The notes: generated from the sequence alone by a model not told the origin. A stretch of DNA of 64,000 nucleotides from Anaerohalosphaeraceae bacterium (GCA_963675525.2 CAXXSL010000011.1:576001-640000), one strand, 5' to 3'; shown: positions 9,999-20,260, counted from the first letter of the stretch. Made by a program: numbers and translations.

Positions 9999-11216
9999 TC
10001 AAACCCGCTGTTTTCGTTCCAGCAGGCGCGTCACCATCATTGCCGCGACGGTATCGCCAGAGGCGTTGATCATTGTTGCCGGAGGGTCAACCAGCGTTCC
10101 CAGCATCGCAATCACCGGCAGTGCTTCCGGCCCGAATCCGTACAGAGTGACGATCAGCATCTCGCCCAGAAACCCACCGCCGGAAATACCGCTCATCACG
10201 ACCCCGCACAACAGCGACACGCCGACCGCCCCCGCCAGTGTCTCCAGTCCGCTAAATGGTCGACCAAACAACGCAAACAACACCGCAATTTTCAAGACCG
10301 CCGCCAGACACGACCCATCCATGTGAATCGTCGCTCCCAGCGGCAGCACGATCTCCCGCACATCTTCCGGCACGCCGATTCGCTCGGCCGCTTCCATATT
10401 CGCCGGAAGCGCAGCCAGACTGCTGCCCGTCCCCCACGCCGTCAACGCCGGCGGAAAAATATTGGCCCAGTAGCGCTTCACACCGCACCGCCCGGAAGCG
10501 ATAAAAGCGTAAAATGAGAATCCAATGATAAAATATCCGATCGCCAATGGGTAATACAACCCCACGACTCGCGCGTATGTGCCGATCAACTCCGGCCCGA
10601 AAACACCCACAAGATACGCAAAGTACGCCCCCAACCCGATCGGCGCATACAGCATGATCAGCTTTATCAACTGCCCCATCACCGCCGCACCGGACACCAG
10701 AAACGCCCGAAACGATTTGCCCTTTTCGCCCGCTGCCTGTGAGGCCAGCCCGGTCAACACTGAAAACACGATCAACGCCAATATATTTCGGCGGTCCAAT
10801 AGTTTGGAAAAATCCTCCACGGAAACCGCCTTGACGATTTTGTCGGCAAGATTCGCTGATTCAACTTGCGGCGGTTGGACCAACTCCAGTGTCAACCCTT
10901 CAGCCGGGTTAAAAACCTTAACCGCAAAAAGCATCAAGCAGGAAGAAATAATCCCCGTAACAACAAAAACCACCAGCATCCATCCGGCAATTCGCCCCAG
11001 CCGTTTCAGATTCGAACTGCCCGCCACAGCCGAAGAAAGCGAAAAGAAAACCAGCGGCACCACCGCCGTAAATAAAAAATTCAACAACAAATCCCCCAAC
11101 GGCTTGAGCCGTTCAGCCTTGGGACCCATCAAATATCCCAATAACGCACCAGCGGCAACGGCCCCAATCAAAATCAACGTAAACCGCCATTGTTTGAAAA
11201 AGCTTTTCATGCTCAT
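9999..11216 (-). CDS. Dicarboxylate/amino acid:cation symporter (DAACS)
   Basis: Multiple TM helices; TGSSLAALP, PLGATIHMDGS, ATMINASGD. Confidence 0.92.
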   Translation of the reverse strand: MSMKSFFKQWRFTLILIGAVAAGALLGYLMGPKAERLKPLGDLLLNFLFTAVVPLVFFSLSSAVAGSSNLKRLGRIAGWMLVVFVVTGIISSCLMLFAVKVFNPAEGLTLELVQPPQVESANLADKIVKAVSVEDFSKLLDRRNILALIVFSVLTGLASQAAGEKGKSFRAFLVSGAAVMGQLIKLIMLYAPIGLGAYFAYLVGVFGPELIGTYARVVGLYYPLAIGYFIIGFSFYAFIASGRCGVKRYWANIFPPALTAWGTGSSLAALPANMEAAERIGVPEDVREIVLPLGATIHMDGSCLAAVLKIAVLFALFGRPFSGLETLAGAVGVSLLCGVVMSGISGGGFLGEMLIVTLYGFGPEALPVIAMLGTLVDPPATMINASGDTVAAMMVTRLLERKQRV

Positions 11217-12199
11217 GTCCCACTCCTTCGAGAACAAAACAAACCCTTCAGCAAAATGAAACACTGCTTGGCGATGCTTTTGCAAATGCGCGGGAATGTA
11301 AACCGCAGCGGCGTCTGTATTGCCGGTTTAAAATCCGGACAGGCGGGTTTCGCAAAAGGATCGCCTACAATATTTATCGGCTCATCTTTGGAAAGACCAA
11401 CGCCCATTTTTTCCGCCGTTGTCAACAGCGGCAAGTCTGCCGGATTAAATCCGACCAAATCACAGCACACCCTCTCACACGCCGCCGGGTCGGTTCCTGC
11501 TACCAAATAGCCAAGCTGTTTGGCCCCACCATTGATCGGCCCTTGACCTTCCATCGCCACGATGCCATCAATAATATTCAACACAGGTTTCAGTTTTTGA
11601 TAAATCCCCACAATCATCCGGCAGAACGGCTCGTATTCTTTGCCGCGGGCAAAATGCCAGTACGCCTTTTCCTTGCCGCCTAATCCGCATACACAGCCGT
11701 ACATATTCTTAAACGCAAACGTCGCCCCCAATTGCTGATGGGACTTGAGCTTGGGCAGGTTAATGATCGCATCGGCCTCCAAAGCAACCCGGCTGATACC
11801 GACGCGGGTATTTTCAATCGTCATGCGTACCGGCTGATCGAGGTTCACGACCTCAGCGCCGAGCGTTTCCAACCGCTCAAGAATGCCCAGCGTTCTCAGG
11901 CATCCCGCCGTATTGCTCCATGCGGGTGAATCGCCAACCACCGGCGTCGCACCGGCATCTTTAACAATCGCCGCGACCGCATAGATCACCTCCGGGTGTG
12001 TCTGAGCAGGGACATCCGGGGCCTTGGGGACGATCAGGTTCGGCTTGATCAATATTCGCTGGGCGGGTTGGATGAAATGTCTGATTCCCCCCAACAATTG
12101 AAACTGCTGCTCAATCGCCAAGCGCACCAACCCGGGATCGTATGTCGCGCAGGCCTTGACGGCAACGGCGGCAGCAATTTCAGAATCGGCCTTCATCAA
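11213..12199 (-). CDS. DUF362 domain protein
   Basis: IKPNL, THPEV, NLPKLKSH, KNMYG, DGIVAMEGQGP. Confidence 0.85.
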   Translation of the reverse strand: MMKADSEIAAAVAVKACATYDPGLVRLAIEQQFQLLGGIRHFIQPAQRILIKPNLIVPKAPDVPAQTHPEVIYAVAAIVKDAGATPVVGDSPAWSNTAGCLRTLGILERLETLGAEVVNLDQPVRMTIENTRVGISRVALEADAIINLPKLKSHQQLGATFAFKNMYGCVCGLGGKEKAYWHFARGKEYEPFCRMIVGIYQKLKPVLNIIDGIVAMEGQGPINGGAKQLGYLVAGTDPAACERVCCDLVGFNPADLPLLTTAEKMGVGLSKDEPINIVGDPFAKPACPDFKPAIQTPLRFTFPRICKSIAKQCFILLKGLFCSRRSGT

Positions 12200-12996
12200 T
12201 CCCCCGTTGATTCACAAATGATCACGAAAATTCGAATTTTGTTATGACCGGGCACCTCAAACAAAAGTCTGTTGAGTGTATCCTGTTGATCCAGTATATG
12301 GGTCGGCCCCAGCAGGCAGAACTGACCGGCTTCCAACGAAACGCTAAACCGTCCAACGTCGAAGAGGCGGAATTCATACGGTTCTTTGCCTTCTCGTAAA
12401 CGTAATACGGCCCCCCCCGAATCCCAGGAGGCTGGCCCCAAGGTCATCTCCACGATCCCTCTTTGAGCCGAATCCTGTCCGGCGGAAAGGACCCAGCCTA
12501 ACCGGCCCTTCTCAACCGTCACTCCGCCTAAACCACCGGTCGCTGTCGAATAGAGAACGGCCCGCGGTTCATCGATCGGCGCTCCATAAATAATTTCCCG
12601 CCCTCCTGGCGGTAAGGTCAGGCGAGTCTGACTAATTCGAACCGCTCCGATCTCCGAAAGTTTTCGGGCAATCCGACCCCCTTTTTCATGAACGCCGAAA
12701 CCGGCTGCAAAACAGTTAGCGTCAAAGGCCTTTGAATCGGCAAACCGGATCTCTTGTTTGGAAAGTATCTGGAAAACATCTTCGAACGCATCAAGTGAAG
12801 TAGTATCAAGGACATATACTAAAACGGAAAAACTTAACGTTGTTTCATGGAACGAATAGGATTCAGCTTGTAAATCTAAAAGTTTGATCCCCTCAATGTT
12901 CGGTTGCTCTGTTCGCGCCGGCGGCTGTGAAATATCGCAACCAATGCTTAGCAGTAATCCTATCGTGAGCACCCCGATATAAATACGTCCGTTCAT
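12196..12996 (-). CDS. Hypothetical lipoprotein
   Basis: Lipobox-like LLLSIGC after MNGRIY; stop overlaps the start of the DUF362 gene. Confidence 0.65.
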   Translation of the reverse strand: MNGRIYIGVLTIGLLLSIGCDISQPPARTEQPNIEGIKLLDLQAESYSFHETTLSFSVLVYVLDTTSLDAFEDVFQILSKQEIRFADSKAFDANCFAAGFGVHEKGGRIARKLSEIGAVRISQTRLTLPPGGREIIYGAPIDEPRAVLYSTATGGLGGVTVEKGRLGWVLSAGQDSAQRGIVEMTLGPASWDSGGAVLRLREGKEPYEFRLFDVGRFSVSLEAGQFCLLGPTHILDQQDTLNRLLFEVPGHNKIRIFVIICESTGD

Positions 12997-13059
12997 AGGA
13001 ACAAATTGTACCGACCGGCCGAGATTTGTCAATGTTCACCTGATGCTTCGCGAAATCAA

Positions 13060-13407
13060 TCAGAGACGTAATTTAGGTGAATCACAAAATTCCAGTGCAA
13101 CCGTCTTGCTGTAAGATGATTCGGCGGCAACATCCCCTTCGTTGTATGGTTCCTTCCTGACAACTCGCGCATAACTTGAAAAACTGCCGCCAAACTCCAA
13201 CATTCCCTCTGTCGGGGGTACTGTCATTTCAATGCTCAGCAGTTCCCCGTCCCGAAGTCCGTCATTTTTCAATTCAACAAGCATGCCGCTTGGACTGACA
13301 TTCAAGGTTCTGCCGGTGAACAGTTTACCGCCTGAGAGTCCTACTCGTTGACAAAAAATCGACAGCTTCAAGGGGATACGCTTATGTCTCCTTCTGTCCA
13401 TATCCAT
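13060..13407 (-). CDS. PilZ domain protein
   Basis: RRRHKR (RxxxR) and NVSPSG (D/NxSxxG) c-di-GMP-binding motifs; start uncertain (ORF extends to 13485). Confidence 0.85.
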   Translation of the reverse strand: MDMDRRRHKRIPLKLSIFCQRVGLSGGKLFTGRTLNVSPSGMLVELKNDGLRDGELLSIEMTVPPTEGMLEFGGSFSSYARVVRKEPYNEGDVAAESSYSKTVALEFCDSPKLRL

Positions 13408-13841
13408 CCTTTGGGCCTCCCTGCTTAATTGACAACAATACAACGCATCTATGCTATTAGCAAAAAACATTCCATTCCCACCCAAAAAAAGATTTACCTT
13501 AAAAGGAGCTCCCTAACTTGCTTTAAGACAAACAACTTAAAACAGACTAATTAAATTAGCTCTATCAAAAAATATTATCGGCATTTAATTGCATTGTTGA
13601 TAAAAATAAACGGTTTTTTGAGAAAGTCCGAAAATATGCCTTAAATTCATGTCCTTATGCCTGAAAATTGTGCTTTTTATCAATTAATATCTGTTTCTAT
13701 GTATAAGATTTAAACCCTGTAATGTTTCAGAATAACATCGTCATGTTTCGATTTCTCAACGTTCAGTTGACATAAAACAATAAATCTGCTTTAATGTTGA
13801 TATTAATAAACACGTTTTTGCTTACGAAAAGCTATTTAGAC

Positions 13842-14915
13842 ATGACAAGTCATCAAAACCTTTATTTAAGTGCTCTGACTCACTCCATTGGTAAATCTCT
13901 GGGGGTCGACATCATTTCGTTCGATTGCGACCTGACGATTATTGACCACACCCCGCTCGTCGGAAAAATATTCGAATTACAGACAACCATCATCCAAACC
14001 TTATCTGCCGGAACCGATGCAAACATCTGGGGAAATTGGAAACAATTACTCTGTGATGCGATCCAGTCAGGCAACGAAGCTGATTTCGGAATCGTCAAAT
14101 ACACAAGAGCGGATACATCCCGGCGGCTCCAGATTCGCTGCGTCCCGATTAAAGACCTTCAGACAGAACGAATTCTCGGCGGTGCCGCTGTTATTATGGA
14201 CGTCACGGAAAAACTTGAAACAGAGCACGAAATGGCACAGGCCGAACGATTGATGGCAATCGGTAAAGTCGCCGGTAAAGTCGCCCACGAACTGAATAAT
14301 CCGCTGGACGGAATTCTCCGATATGTCAATTTAACCCTTCGTATTCTGGAACAAAACCAGCCGGAGAAAGCCAAAGAATACCTGTTGCATTGCCGCAACG
14401 GGCTTGGGCGAATGGCACAGATCATCACCGAAATGCTCGAATTCTCGCGCAGTACAAACCTGGTATTTGAAACCAACCCGATCGATAAACTGCTCGACGA
14501 CGCCGTGAAAGCCATGGAATCGTCCCTGCGGAATATAAATGTTGAATTTGTACGTAACTACAGCAGCTCTGTTCCGCATATGAAAAGTGACTCCCTGTTT
14601 CAGGTCTTCTGCAATCTAATCAAAAACGCATCCGATGCCATGGACGGTCACGGACGGCTCACGATCAGCCTGATTCAAACCGAACAGAACTGGCAAATCG
14701 AATTTCGTGATACCGGGCATGGGTTTGACCCGGAACGTATTGATGATTTATTTAAGCCATTCTATACCACCAAGCCCAAAGGGCAGGGAACCGGCCTGGG
14801 ATTGGGGATTTGCAAAGACATTCTCGAAAAACTGCATGGCACGATTGTGGCCAAAAATAACCCGCAAGGCGGAGCGTCATTTATTGTCCAGCTACCCATG
14901 ATCTCATCCACATAA
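13842..14915 (+). CDS. Cytoplasmic PAS-like sensor histidine kinase
   Basis: AHELNNPL H-box, NLIKNA, DTGHG, FYTTK, GTGLGL; no TM segment seen. Confidence 0.92.
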   Translation: MTSHQNLYLSALTHSIGKSLGVDIISFDCDLTIIDHTPLVGKIFELQTTIIQTLSAGTDANIWGNWKQLLCDAIQSGNEADFGIVKYTRADTSRRLQIRCVPIKDLQTERILGGAAVIMDVTEKLETEHEMAQAERLMAIGKVAGKVAHELNNPLDGILRYVNLTLRILEQNQPEKAKEYLLHCRNGLGRMAQIITEMLEFSRSTNLVFETNPIDKLLDDAVKAMESSLRNINVEFVRNYSSSVPHMKSDSLFQVFCNLIKNASDAMDGHGRLTISLIQTEQNWQIEFRDTGHGFDPERIDDLFKPFYTTKPKGQGTGLGLGICKDILEKLHGTIVAKNNPQGGASFIVQLPMISST

Positions 14916-14922
14916 CCCGGAG

Positions 14923-16314
14923 TTGAACATGACAAAACCGAAAATTCTAATCGTTGACGATGACACCATTATCCTTGATTCGCTTTGTGAGTTCCTGAAT
15001 ATGGAGGGCTACCAGTCTGACGGCGCGACTTCTGTAACACAGGCGAAGGAAAAACTTAACCGCCAGAATTATGCCCTGGTCATTTCCGACGTGAATATGC
15101 CCGACGGTGACGGCTTTGAACTACTCAATATCATCCGGGACAATCATCCGCGCACGGTGGTGATAATGATCACCGGCTACGGAACCATTGAAAGTGCCGT
15201 AGAAGCCATCAAGAATGGGGCCTACGATTACCTGACCAAACCGATCATCGACGATGACCTGTTGCTGGCGGTGGAACGGGCAATCCGCCAGCAAGCTCTG
15301 ATGAGCGAAAATCAACAACTCCGTCAGCAACTCGAAAATAAGTACAGCATTAACCGCGTAATCAGCCAGGATTATAAAATGTCGCGTATCTTCGAGTTGA
15401 TTCAGGCCGTGGCCGACAGCAACACCACGATCCTGATGACCGGCCCATCCGGTACGGGAAAAAGTCTCCTGGCACGGGCAATCCACTATGAATCATCACG
15501 CCGTAACCAGCCGTTCGTGGAGGTCAGTTGCGGTGCCCTGCCGGAAACGTTGCTGGAAAGTGAACTTTTCGGCCATGTCAAAGGCGCTTTCACGGGAGCT
15601 GTCAATGACAAGGAAGGTAAGTTTCTGGCCGCCAACAAAGGTACTATTTTTCTGGATGAGATATCGACGGCTACGCCGGCAATGCAGGTTAAGCTGTTGC
15701 GGGTTCTTCAGACTCGCGAATTTGAACCGGTCGGCAGCAATCAGACCTATACCGTCGATACGCGGGTGATCCTTGCAACCAATCGCGATCTGACCGAAGA
15801 AGTCCGACAGGGACGGTTTCGTGAAGACCTCTATTATCGTATTAACATAGTCAATGTGAATTTGCCCCCACTGGCAGAACGGATTCCGGATGTGCCGTTG
15901 CTGGCCGACTATTTTATGAAAAATTTCTGTGCAATGCACAACCGGGTCAAGTCCGGCCTGACCGAACAGGCCCTGCAATACCTGCAAAACTATCCATGGC
16001 CCGGAAACATCCGTGAACTGGAAAACGTGATCGAACGTGCCGTGTTATTGAGTAAAGGCCCGCTGATCGACGTATACGACCTGCCGCCGGCCCTTCTTCA
16101 ACATTGCCAAAACGCCGTCAATATGGCCTTTGAGAACAAGACGCTCAAGCAGGCACTGGAAGGACCGGAGCGCGCTATTCTAAAAGCGGCACTGGAAGCC
16201 AACAACTGGTCGCGTCAGGAAACTGCCAAGTCCCTCGATATCAACCGGACCACGCTATATAAAAAAATGAAACACTACGGACTGGAAGACGAAGCCGAAG
16301 AATTGGGACTTTAA
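14923..16314 (+). CDS. Sigma-54-dependent response regulator (NtrC family)
   Basis: REC domain, GPSGTGKS, GAFTGA, FLDEI, WPGNIREL, Fis-type HTH. Confidence 0.95.
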   Translation: MNMTKPKILIVDDDTIILDSLCEFLNMEGYQSDGATSVTQAKEKLNRQNYALVISDVNMPDGDGFELLNIIRDNHPRTVVIMITGYGTIESAVEAIKNGAYDYLTKPIIDDDLLLAVERAIRQQALMSENQQLRQQLENKYSINRVISQDYKMSRIFELIQAVADSNTTILMTGPSGTGKSLLARAIHYESSRRNQPFVEVSCGALPETLLESELFGHVKGAFTGAVNDKEGKFLAANKGTIFLDEISTATPAMQVKLLRVLQTREFEPVGSNQTYTVDTRVILATNRDLTEEVRQGRFREDLYYRINIVNVNLPPLAERIPDVPLLADYFMKNFCAMHNRVKSGLTEQALQYLQNYPWPGNIRELENVIERAVLLSKGPLIDVYDLPPALLQHCQNAVNMAFENKTLKQALEGPERAILKAALEANNWSRQETAKSLDINRTTLYKKMKHYGLEDEAEELGL

Positions 16315-16410
16315 TGCGGATTTGCACCTATTGAATGGGTTTTCCGGGTTATCTTTAATCATTTCAGGTAAAACAAGGCCTTTCAATGCTTGTTTTGATT
16401 AAAATTCCTA

Positions 16411-16438
16411 TTGCAAAAGTTTTGGTTCTGCCTATAAT
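16411..16438 (+). promoter_or_regulatory. Putative sigma70 promoter for the TPR-alphaCTD ... secDF unit
   Basis: TTGCAA-16-TATAAT, about 120 bp upstream of an AGGAG RBS and ATG 16557. Confidence 0.6.
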
Positions 16439-16556
16439 GTGCAATTTACTCGACTTTTGAAACCCGTCTTTTACTGTTATTCGGAGACGAGAGGATGTTG
16501 TCGATGCGTATTGGAACTGAAATAACAATAATTATGGAAATCATAGGAGCCAATGA

Positions 16557-17849
16557 ATGGTATCTTTAGCTGACGCCCCTGTCGATCTGTTTGCCGGAGA
16601 GTTGCCGAGTTTTGAAGACATCAAGAAACTGTGGCAGTTCGTCAATTCGAGCGAGCGGAACCGTAACGCATTCCGCCAGGAAGCGGACAAACAAAATGAC
16701 GCCCTCATTCAGGGCATCGCCCTGCTGCTGTGCGGCAATCTTTCTGAAGCCTTGGAAAAACTAAATAAAGGCAAAGACTGTCTGCAGAAATATTTTATGC
16801 TGGGATACATTTATCGCTCCCAGAAAGAATTTGATAAGGCGATCGGACAATTCGACAAGGCGGGCAAGGAAAGTGAGGGTATCACGGCGAACATGGAAAA
16901 GGCTGAAACCTATCGTCAGGCCGGTGATTATGATGCCGTACGTAATGTCCTGAAAGACTGCAGCAACTTTGAGAATGTCAGCGCCGAATATCATTACCAG
17001 GCCGGCAAACTGCAAGATGCCGTTGGAGAGTATGAAAAAGCCGTTGACAGCTATCAGAAAGCCGTCGAACTGGACGGGACGCATACTAAAAGCCTGTTTC
17101 AGCTTGCGTATTCGTTTGATCTGCGAGGCGAAGAGACCGTCGCCATCGATTATTACAAACAACTGGTCAAAATCGCTCCGGCACACGTCAACGGTCTGCT
17201 GAATCTGGCCGTGCTGCATGAAGACATGGGCGACTACGAAAAAGCGATTGCCTGTGTGGAATCGGTTTTGATGTCACACCCCAATCATGCCAAGGCAATC
17301 CTGTTCCGTAAGGATATCGAAAGCTCTATGGTGATGATCTATGACGAAGAACGTGAAAAACGCAAAGACCACCACTACAAGACACTGAATATTCCGATCT
17401 CTGACTTTGAATTGTCCGTTCGAAGCCGAAACTGCCTGAAGAAAATGAATATTAATACGTTGGGTGACCTGTTGAGAACGTCTGAGGCGGATTTACTCTC
17501 TTACAAGAACTTCGGCGAAACCAGTTTGTACGAGATCAAAAAGATCCTGGACATAAAGGGGTTGCGGCTGGGAATGGCGATGGAAGATAAAAACGCCGCC
17601 ACCAAACCGATCGACCCGGACATCGCCAGCCAGGCCAGCCCGGAAATTCTACAGAAACAAATCAGTGACCTGGAGCTTTCGGTTCGCGCTCGCAGAGCCT
17701 TGGATCGCCTGGGTGTCAAAAGTGTTCTCGAGCTGATCAATAAGACGGAAGCAGAACTGCTCGGGTGCAAAAACTTCGGCGTCACCAGCCTCAATGAAAT
17801 TAAAGAACGACTGACCGACTTCGGGCTCAGTCTGCGTAAGCTGGAGTAG
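16557..17849 (+). CDS. TPR protein with two tandem RNA polymerase alpha-CTD domains
   Basis: TPR repeats followed by ISDFELSVRSRNCL...NFGETSLYEIK and ISDLELSVRARRAL...NFGVTSLNEIK. Confidence 0.9.
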   Translation: MVSLADAPVDLFAGELPSFEDIKKLWQFVNSSERNRNAFRQEADKQNDALIQGIALLLCGNLSEALEKLNKGKDCLQKYFMLGYIYRSQKEFDKAIGQFDKAGKESEGITANMEKAETYRQAGDYDAVRNVLKDCSNFENVSAEYHYQAGKLQDAVGEYEKAVDSYQKAVELDGTHTKSLFQLAYSFDLRGEETVAIDYYKQLVKIAPAHVNGLLNLAVLHEDMGDYEKAIACVESVLMSHPNHAKAILFRKDIESSMVMIYDEEREKRKDHHYKTLNIPISDFELSVRSRNCLKKMNINTLGDLLRTSEADLLSYKNFGETSLYEIKKILDIKGLRLGMAMEDKNAATKPIDPDIASQASPEILQKQISDLELSVRARRALDRLGVKSVLELINKTEAELLGCKNFGVTSLNEIKERLTDFGLSLRKLE

Positions 17850-17882
17850 TTTGCATTCAGCCGCACCGGCTTCAGGTAAAAC

Positions 17883-19145
17883 ATGAGTAATGGAATGCAA
17901 ATCGCCAACGGGCTCACAGTGTACCGGAAAGTGTTGCTGTGGGCCTGTGTGGCATGTATCGTCGCCTCGGTCGGTTGCCGTCGCGCGAAAATTGAAACAA
18001 CCGTCGGGATGGATAGTCCCGAACAGACCTGGATACGGGTCTTGCTCTTTGGCAATCTCAGAAGATGCACAGTGACTTCAATAAATGGTTTTGTGGTGGA
18101 AGACCAACAAAACGGCGTTCTTGCGGAGTTCGATACGGACAAGCCGCTCGGCGTATTTCTGCTGGGCGAGCGCATCCTGATCGGCGAACACACATTCGGA
18201 CATAATATCACGATCAAACCGCGACAACCGTATGTGTTCAAGATCGACCGCGAAGCTTTTCGTGGAAACCTGCAGTTTCTCCTGAGGGAGGACGGGAACG
18301 GGTTGGATGTAATTAATCACGTACCGATGGAATCTTATTTGCTGGGTGTTGTCGGTGCCGAAATGCACAGCTATTGGGAACCGGAAGCCCTTAAAGCACA
18401 GGCCGTGGCCGCCAGAACATATTCTTTGTTTATCAAGAACCGGTTCGGTCAACATCGCAACTGGGATCTATCGCGAACCCAATCCAGCCAGGTCTATAAC
18501 GGCATCAAGGCGGAAACAGCAACCGTGGAGCGGGCTGTGAAAGACACTGCCGGAGAAGTACTGGTGTGTCCCTATCCGGACGGTCAGGAATTGATCTTTC
18601 CAACCTATTACAGTTCGTCCTGCGGCGGACATACGGAAAACGCCGACGAAGTTTTTGGTGACACGGTTGGTCCGCTTTGCGGCGTTGAATGCCCCTACTG
18701 TCAGGACATCGCCAGACAAAGCGATTTCAACTGGAAACCAATCACGTTCACGGCCGCTCAGGTATCCGAAAAACTCATGGAACGATATGACTCGTTGAAA
18801 AAGCTGGATACGATCGTTGATGTGAACGTGATCCGTACCGGGTATTTAGATCGTATCACCCGTGTGCAATTGATCGGTAAAAACGGAGGAAAGGACTGGC
18901 TTCGCGGCGAGGATTTCCGCCTATCGCTGGACTCTTCAGGAAGAAAACTGAAGAGTACCCTGTTTCAAATGAAAAAAAACGATCAGACGTTTGAGTTTAC
19001 GAACGGGCATGGATTCGGGCATGGCGTCGGACTGTGTCAGTGCGGTGCCCAGGGAATTGCCCGGGACGGTGCGGATTATCGTACGATATTGCAATACTAT
19101 TATCCCGGCTCAAAACTGGTGACGATTGAAACAGAAAAACCATGA
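17883..19145 (+). CDS. SpoIID/LytB domain lytic transglycosylase-like protein
   Basis: ESYLLGVVGAEM, EALKAQAVAARTY, SSCGGHT, GFGHGVGLCQCGA, ILQYYYPG. Confidence 0.9.
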   Translation: MSNGMQIANGLTVYRKVLLWACVACIVASVGCRRAKIETTVGMDSPEQTWIRVLLFGNLRRCTVTSINGFVVEDQQNGVLAEFDTDKPLGVFLLGERILIGEHTFGHNITIKPRQPYVFKIDREAFRGNLQFLLREDGNGLDVINHVPMESYLLGVVGAEMHSYWEPEALKAQAVAARTYSLFIKNRFGQHRNWDLSRTQSSQVYNGIKAETATVERAVKDTAGEVLVCPYPDGQELIFPTYYSSSCGGHTENADEVFGDTVGPLCGVECPYCQDIARQSDFNWKPITFTAAQVSEKLMERYDSLKKLDTIVDVNVIRTGYLDRITRVQLIGKNGGKDWLRGEDFRLSLDSSGRKLKSTLFQMKKNDQTFEFTNGHGFGHGVGLCQCGAQGIARDGADYRTILQYYYPGSKLVTIETEKP

Positions 19146-20260
19146 AACCCTTTGAATTGAAAAATCAGGACACCCACAGCCGGGCTCGACGTGGTATTTT
19201 GCATACAGCTCACGGGGCGGTTCAGACGCCGGTCTTTATGCCGGTGGGTACTCGCGGTTGCGTCAAGGGAATTACCCCCGAACAGCTTCGGACGACTGGC
19301 GCCGAGATCGTGCTGGCCAATACGTATCACATGCTGCTGCGTCCGGGAACGGATGTGGTTCAATCGCTGGGCGGCCTGCACGGCCTGATGAGTTGGAACG
19401 GGCCGATTTTGACCGACAGCGGAGGGTACCAGGTTTTTTCACTCAGTACCCTGAATCGTATTGGTGAAGACGGTGTCGAGTTCGCCAGCCATATTGACGG
19501 TGCAAAGGTTTATCTCGATGCAACGGTTGCCACGCAAACGCAAAACCGGCTGGGTGCGGATATTATCATGTGTTTTGATGAGTGTACCCCGTGGCCCTGC
19601 CCGCAGGAACACTTAAAAAAAGCGGTCGAGCGAACGATCCGATGGGCCAAACAATGCAAAGAGGCCCACGCCAACGAACAACAGCTCTTATTCGGCATTG
19701 TTCAGGGTGGAGTCGATCCGGAACTGCGAAGTACCTGTGCAGGGGAATTGATAGCAATGGATTTTGACGGCTACGCCATCGGTGGCCTCAGTGTCGGCGA
19801 AGGTCACGACCACATGATACGAACGGTGACATATACCGCCCCGCTGCTGCCGGAAGACAAGGCACGCTATTTAATGGGTGTCGGCATGCCGGTCGATATC
19901 GTCGAGGCCGTGCGAAACGGTATCGATATGTTCGATTGTGTGCTGCCGAGCCGGAACGGACGGAACGCTTTCGCGTTTACCGATGACGGGCCGCTGCGGC
20001 TGCGGAACAGTCAATATATTTCGGATACCTCTCCGATCGAGGCGGACTGCCCGTGTTATGCTTGTCAGAATTTCGGAAAAGGGACGATCAGGCATTTTTT
20101 TAATGTCGGCGAAATGATGGGGCCGATCCTCGTATCGACCCATAACTTGACATACTATCAGCGATTGATGAAAACGATCCGGACTCGGATCGAAGAAGAT
20201 ACATTCGCCCAATGGGCCGATGAATTTTGTGCCAAACATAAAGAAGAAAAAGAAGAATAA
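19142..20260 (+). CDS. tgt: tRNA-guanine transglycosylase
   Basis: TPVFMPVGT, TDSGGYQ, FDEC, GIVQGG, YLMGVG, DMFDCV, CPCYAC...H Zn site. Confidence 0.97.
   Translation: MKPFELKNQDTHSRARRGILHTAHGAVQTPVFMPVGTRGCVKGITPEQLRTTGAEIVLANTYHMLLRPGTDVVQSLGGLHGLMSWNGPILTDSGGYQVFSLSTLNRIGEDGVEFASHIDGAKVYLDATVATQTQNRLGADIIMCFDECTPWPCPQEHLKKAVERTIRWAKQCKEAHANEQQLLFGIVQGGVDPELRSTCAGELIAMDFDGYAIGGLSVGEGHDHMIRTVTYTAPLLPEDKARYLMGVGMPVDIVEAVRNGIDMFDCVLPSRNGRNAFAFTDDGPLRLRNSQYISDTSPIEADCPCYACQNFGKGTIRHFFNVGEMMGPILVSTHNLTYYQRLMKTIRTRIEEDTFAQWADEFCAKHKEEKEE

Noticed and set aside
16557..17849. Annotation as rpoA
   Set aside because: It lacks the alpha N-terminal dimerisation domain and the ribosomal-operon context.
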